Below are positions 59,885 through 63,506 of a DNA stretch of 63,506 nt, piece after piece. The stretch's first letter is position 1. Every line of letters begins with the position of its first letter. Both the position numbers and the translations under genes were made by a program. Source of the DNA: an uncultured Mollicutes bacterium (GTDB taxonomy: Bacteria > Bacillota_I > Bacilli_A > RF39 > UBA660); assembly GCA_900543055.1 (NCBI GenBank), contig UQQI01000002.1, positions 1 through 63,506 of the forward strand, read 5' to 3'. A model generated the notes under the pieces. The model was not told where the DNA came from, made no database searches, and saw nothing but the letters and a program-made list of their open reading frames with translations.

Positions 59885-61473
59885 AAAAACCAAAATTAAA
59901 ATTAAAAAAATTTTATTTTCATCCCATAACCGTATTTATATTTTTAACATTCTTTGTAATGGCACTGAGTGGAATACTTTCACTTTTTCAAGTACAAGCA
60001 ACTTACAATACAATTAATAGTAATACACATGAGTTAGAACCTGTATTACTTTCAGTAGAAAATTTATTTTCATTTGATGGATTAAAATTTCTAATAAGTA
60101 ATGCAGCAGTAAATTTCTTAAGTTTTGCTCCTTTAGGAACATTATTAATATCACTTATCGGATTAACAATAGCTGAAGGAACAGGATTTATTGAAATGCT
60201 AACAAAAAGACATATAAGTAAAGCAAATAAATATGTCTTAACATTTATAATTATATTAATATCAACAATATCTTCATTAATAAATGAAGTAGGATATGCA
60301 ATATTAATACCACTAGTTGCATTAATATACTTTATAAATAATAGAAATCCTATTTTAGGAATAGTTACAGCATTTTGTGGAGTATCATTTGGATACGGTG
60401 TATCAATATTTATAGGTTCTACAGAAGTAAACCTTATGGGATATACAAAAGTTGCAGCAAGATTAGTAGATGATACAGCTCATATTGCTCTAACATCTAA
60501 CTTAATATTTATAATAGTTGCAACTATAATATTATCAATAGTAGGTACTATTATAATAGAAAAAATAGTAGCACCAAAAATAGGAAAATATAAAAAGGAT
60601 GAAGAGTTTGCAAAAACAGAACAATATAGAGTTATAAATATTGAAGAAGAAGAACAAAAACAAATCGAAAAAGATAAATATGAAAATAGAGGTTTAAGAT
60701 TTTCTTTAATAGTAGGAATTATAATGCTTTTATTATTTATATATGCATTAATTCCAAATCTTCCATATTCTGGAATGTTATTAGATAAAGATGCTACTAC
60801 ATATTTAGACCAGTTATTTGGAAAGAATTCTTACTTCCAAGATGGCTTTACATATATGGTATCATTAGTATTTATCCTTATGGGAATAGCATATGGATTA
60901 GGAAGTAAATCTATAAAAAGTGATAAGGAAATAATTGAAAATGCTAGTAAAAGATTTACTGGTATTGGAAGTATGATTATTCTTATATTTGTTGTATCAC
61001 AATTCATTGCAGTATTTAGAAAAACAAATATTGGTTATATAGTAACAGCATGGTTTGCAACAATTCTAGAGAATATGCAACTTAGTGGAATCCCATTAGT
61101 TTTAATAACATTATTACTAATAGCAATTTCAGGATTCTTCTTAACATCTCCATCAAGTAAATGGATGATATTCTCACCAGTTGTAGTTCCAATGTTTATG
61201 CAATCAAATCTATCTCCACAATTTGCCCAAATAATTATGAGAGCAGGAGATTCAATGACAAAAGGATTTACACCATTACTTGCCTCGTTTGTTATTTATA
61301 TAGGATATTTAAATATTTATAACTTAAATAAAAAGAAACCTTATACTATAAGAAAATCATTAAAATTAATAACACCATACTTTTTAATAATTGCAGCAAC
61401 ATGGATTCTTATAGTAATTGGATGGTATATTTTAGGATTGCCAATAGGACCTGGAGTTGGACCAACAATTTAA
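59878..61473 (+). CDS. AbgT-family transporter (p-aminobenzoyl-glutamate / antimetabolite efflux family)
   Basis: Polytopic, 531 aa. [26 protein letters not shown] resembles the AbgT N-terminal signature. Confidence 0.65.
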   Translation: MLEKPKLKLKKFYFHPITVFIFLTFFVMALSGILSLFQVQATYNTINSNTHELEPVLLSVENLFSFDGLKFLISNAAVNFLSFAPLGTLLISLIGLTIAEGTGFIEMLTKRHISKANKYVLTFIIILISTISSLINEVGYAILIPLVALIYFINNRNPILGIVTAFCGVSFGYGVSIFIGSTEVNLMGYTKVAARLVDDTAHIALTSNLIFIIVATIILSIVGTIIIEKIVAPKIGKYKKDEEFAKTEQYRVINIEEEEQKQIEKDKYENRGLRFSLIVGIIMLLLFIYALIPNLPYSGMLLDKDATTYLDQLFGKNSYFQDGFTYMVSLVFILMGIAYGLGSKSIKSDKEIIENASKRFTGIGSMIILIFVVSQFIAVFRKTNIGYIVTAWFATILENMQLSGIPLVLITLLLIAISGFFLTSPSSKWMIFSPVVVPMFMQSNLSPQFAQIIMRAGDSMTKGFTPLLASFVIYIGYLNIYNLNKKKPYTIRKSLKLITPYFLIIAATWILIVIGWYILGLPIGPGVGPTI

Positions 61474-61482
61474 TAGTAAGAG

Positions 61483-61510
61483 AGCACTAATTTTAGTGCT
61501 TTTTTCTTTT
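61483..61510 (+). terminator. Intrinsic terminator after the AbgT-family gene
   Basis: Stem AGCACT(AA) / (TT)AGTGCT, followed by TTTTTCTTTTT. Confidence 0.6.
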
Positions 61511-61518
61511 TGTATTAT

Positions 61519-61547
61519 TTTACATTAAAGATTATAAATGATATAAT
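61519..61547 (+). promoter_or_regulatory. ychF promoter (TTTACA - 17 nt - TGaTATAAT)
   Basis: TTTACA at 61519-61524, TG at 61539-61540 and TATAAT at 61542-61547, 27 nt upstream of the ATG. Confidence 0.6.
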
Positions 61548-61574
61548 ATTGACGAAAGAAAAGAGGTATAAATT

Positions 61575-62675
61575 ATGAGTTTAACAGCAGGAATAGTAGG
61601 ATTACCAAATGTGGGAAAATCAACATTATTTAATGCAATTACAAATCAAAAAATATTAGCAGAAAACTATCCATTTGCAACAATAGAACCAAACGTAGGA
61701 ATAGTTACTGTACCAGATAAAAGAATGGATAAATTAAAAGAAATGTATGAACCAAATAAATTTATTCCAACAGCCTATGAATTTACTGATATAGCAGGAC
61801 TGGTAAAAGGAGCAAGTAAGGGTGAAGGACTTGGAAATAAATTCTTATCTCATATAAGAGAAGTAGATGCAATTGTTGAAGTAGTTAGATGCTTCGATGA
61901 TGGAAAAATTATCCACGTAGATGGAAACATTGATCCAATAAGAGATATTGAAACTATTAATCTAGAGCTTGCAATAGCAGACTTAGATGTAATTAATGGA
62001 AGACTTGAAAGAGTTGCTAAAAAAGCAAGAACAACAAAGAATAAAGATGACATTTTAGAAACAGAAGTTTTAGAAAAATGTAAAAAAGCCTTAGAAGAAA
62101 ATACACCAATTAGACAACTAGACTTAAATGATGAAGAAAAAAAGGTAATCAAGTCATATAGTTTCTTAACTCAAAAGCCAATAATTTATTTAGCAAATAT
62201 TAAAGAGTCAGAATTAGGAAATCCAGATAATATATATGTTGAAAAAGTAAAAAAGTATGCATCACAAGAAAATGCTAGAGTAGTTAGCTTGTGTGCAAAA
62301 GTAGAAGAAGATTTAAGTGAACTAAGTAAAGATGAAAAACAAGAAATGTTAGATGCTCTAGGAATAGATGGCTCAGGATTAGATAAGTTAATAACTGCAA
62401 CATATGATATCTTAGGACTAGCAACATATTTTACAGTAGGAAGAGATGAAGTAAGAGCGTGGACATTTAAAAAAGGAATGAATGCCAAACAATGTGCAGG
62501 AATAATTCATACAGATTTTGAAAAAGGGTTCATTAGAGCAGAAGTTATGTCATATGAAGACTTAATTGAATGTGGTAGTGAGTTAAAAGTAAAGGAGTCA
62601 GGCAAAGCAAGATTAGAAGGAAAAGAATACCTTATGCAAGATGGAGATATTTGCCATTTCAGATTTAATGTGTAG
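61575..62675 (+). CDS. ychF: Ribosome-binding ATPase YchF
   Basis: GIVGLPNVGKSTLFNA, DIAGLVKGAS and the C-terminal TGS-like CHFRFNV. Confidence 0.95.
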   Translation: MSLTAGIVGLPNVGKSTLFNAITNQKILAENYPFATIEPNVGIVTVPDKRMDKLKEMYEPNKFIPTAYEFTDIAGLVKGASKGEGLGNKFLSHIREVDAIVEVVRCFDDGKIIHVDGNIDPIRDIETINLELAIADLDVINGRLERVAKKARTTKNKDDILETEVLEKCKKALEENTPIRQLDLNDEEKKVIKSYSFLTQKPIIYLANIKESELGNPDNIYVEKVKKYASQENARVVSLCAKVEEDLSELSKDEKQEMLDALGIDGSGLDKLITATYDILGLATYFTVGRDEVRAWTFKKGMNAKQCAGIIHTDFEKGFIRAEVMSYEDLIECGSELKVKESGKARLEGKEYLMQDGDICHFRFNV

Positions 62676-63450
62676 ATTAGATTCTCAAATAAAAATATTT
62701 GAAGCAAATAAAAAAGATGGAATAATGAGTAGGAACAAAATATTCTATGACGAAAATTTCACTCAAGATGATATAAATGAAATATTTAAAGAAACAAGAA
62801 TAAAACTTGGAGAAAAGCATGGATTTAATGGATTAAGAATGATACAAGCATCCCAAAAAACAGAAACTAATAATGTAAAGTATCCTGATGGAAAATATAT
62901 AAGTATTAATGATAAATTATTAACTGCAGATGACTATTGGTATTTAAATTTAGAGGCAGATATATTAATGATTAATAATAAATATAAAGGTATTGTAATA
63001 GGAAATATGTGTGCAGATTGTCCAATAGTTATAGCAGAAGACAGAAAAAAAGGAGTAACAGCTCTTGCCCATTGTGGAGCAGCATATATTGATAGAAATC
63101 TTCCATACCAAATAATAGAATCTTTAAAAAAAGAATATAGTAGTAATTCAGAGGATATTTATGTGTATATATCTAGTGGAGCTAAAAAAGAAAATTTTAT
63201 ATATGATACATACCCACATTGGGCTAAAAATGATGATGTCTGGATTGGTTGCATAGATAAAAAAGATAATAAGTATCAAATAGATATGTATAAAGCAATA
63301 ATTAATCAACTAAAAAAGCAAGAGATAAAGAATATAGAAATAAGTGAAATAGATACTATAACTAATCAAGATTATGCTTCTCATTACTGTAGAATAAGAG
63401 GTCAAGAAAATAAATCTGGACAAAATTTTGTTGGTTTCTTTTATAAATAA
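62668..63450 (+). CDS. Divergent YfiH/PgeF (DUF152, laccase-domain) family protein
   Basis: MCADCPIVIAED...ALAHCGAAY aligns to the ADC..HAGWRG core, and the C-terminal SHYCRIRG...GQNFVGFFY to the SYRRD...G tail. The start is uncertain (62641, 62668 or 62725). Confidence 0.55.
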   Translation: MCRLDSQIKIFEANKKDGIMSRNKIFYDENFTQDDINEIFKETRIKLGEKHGFNGLRMIQASQKTETNNVKYPDGKYISINDKLLTADDYWYLNLEADILMINNKYKGIVIGNMCADCPIVIAEDRKKGVTALAHCGAAYIDRNLPYQIIESLKKEYSSNSEDIYVYISSGAKKENFIYDTYPHWAKNDDVWIGCIDKKDNKYQIDMYKAIINQLKKQEIKNIEISEIDTITNQDYASHYCRIRGQENKSGQNFVGFFYK

Positions 63451-63451
63451 C

Positions 63452-63506
63452 TGTTAAACATTAGTTAAAATGTCACCGATTTATAATATTGATAACAAAC
63501 AAAGGT
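63452..63506. repeat. Terminal inverted repeat, right arm (reverse complement of 1..55)
   Basis: See the left arm. Read outward, the sequence is TGTTAAACATTAGTTAAAATGTCACCGATTTATAATATTGATAACAAACAAAGGT. Confidence 0.95.

Overview
This window is the replication-origin region of a very AT-rich, low-GC Firmicute-type chromosome. Gene order is Bacillus-like, and the endospore-lineage genes yabP, yabQ, spoVG, yabG, bofA and ricT are present. Gene orientation flips exactly once, in the dnaA-rpmH intergenic region (about 49.2-49.6 kb). Everything to the left is on the minus strand: rplL-rplJ-rplA-rplK-nusG-secE, sigH, cysS, lysS, ftsH, tilS, metG, mfd, holB, recR, dnaX, tadA, gyrA, gyrB, recF, dnaN, dnaA. 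Everything to the right is on the plus strand: rpmH, rnpA, yidC, jag, mnmE, mnmG, rsmG, noc, soj, spo0J, mscS, abgT, ychF. DnaA-box clusters flank dnaA, giving a bipartite oriC. RNA elements I can support are a T-box leader with an AUG specifier upstream of metG, a minimal SRP RNA upstream of tadA, and an rplJ leader attenuator hairpin. I saw no rRNA genes, tRNA genes, CRISPR arrays or obvious prophage. The strongest non-routine signal is a 0.83-kb non-coding island between gyrA and the SRP RNA. It carries three ParB parS palindromes, two perfect Noc-binding palindromes plus a half site, abutting DnaA-box-like 9-mers, and a triplicated AATGCATT palindrome. Other non-routine items:
- a Noc paralogue with no N-terminal membrane helix and a roughly 170-aa low-complexity insert
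- a ComK-family gene inside the dnaN-recF interval
- a tail-anchored, pseudokinase-like protein downstream of sigH
- a SipW-type signal peptidase with two paralogous anchored proteins inserted between tatD and rsmA
- a ClpC-like ATPase with a degenerate second AAA module
- an ORF broken by one in-frame TAA
- a WxG-motif small-protein pair at a synteny break after rplL
- window termini that are perfect 55-nt inverted repeats of each other.
No searches were run: product calls rest on motif recognition from memory and on synteny, and coordinates were hand-indexed.
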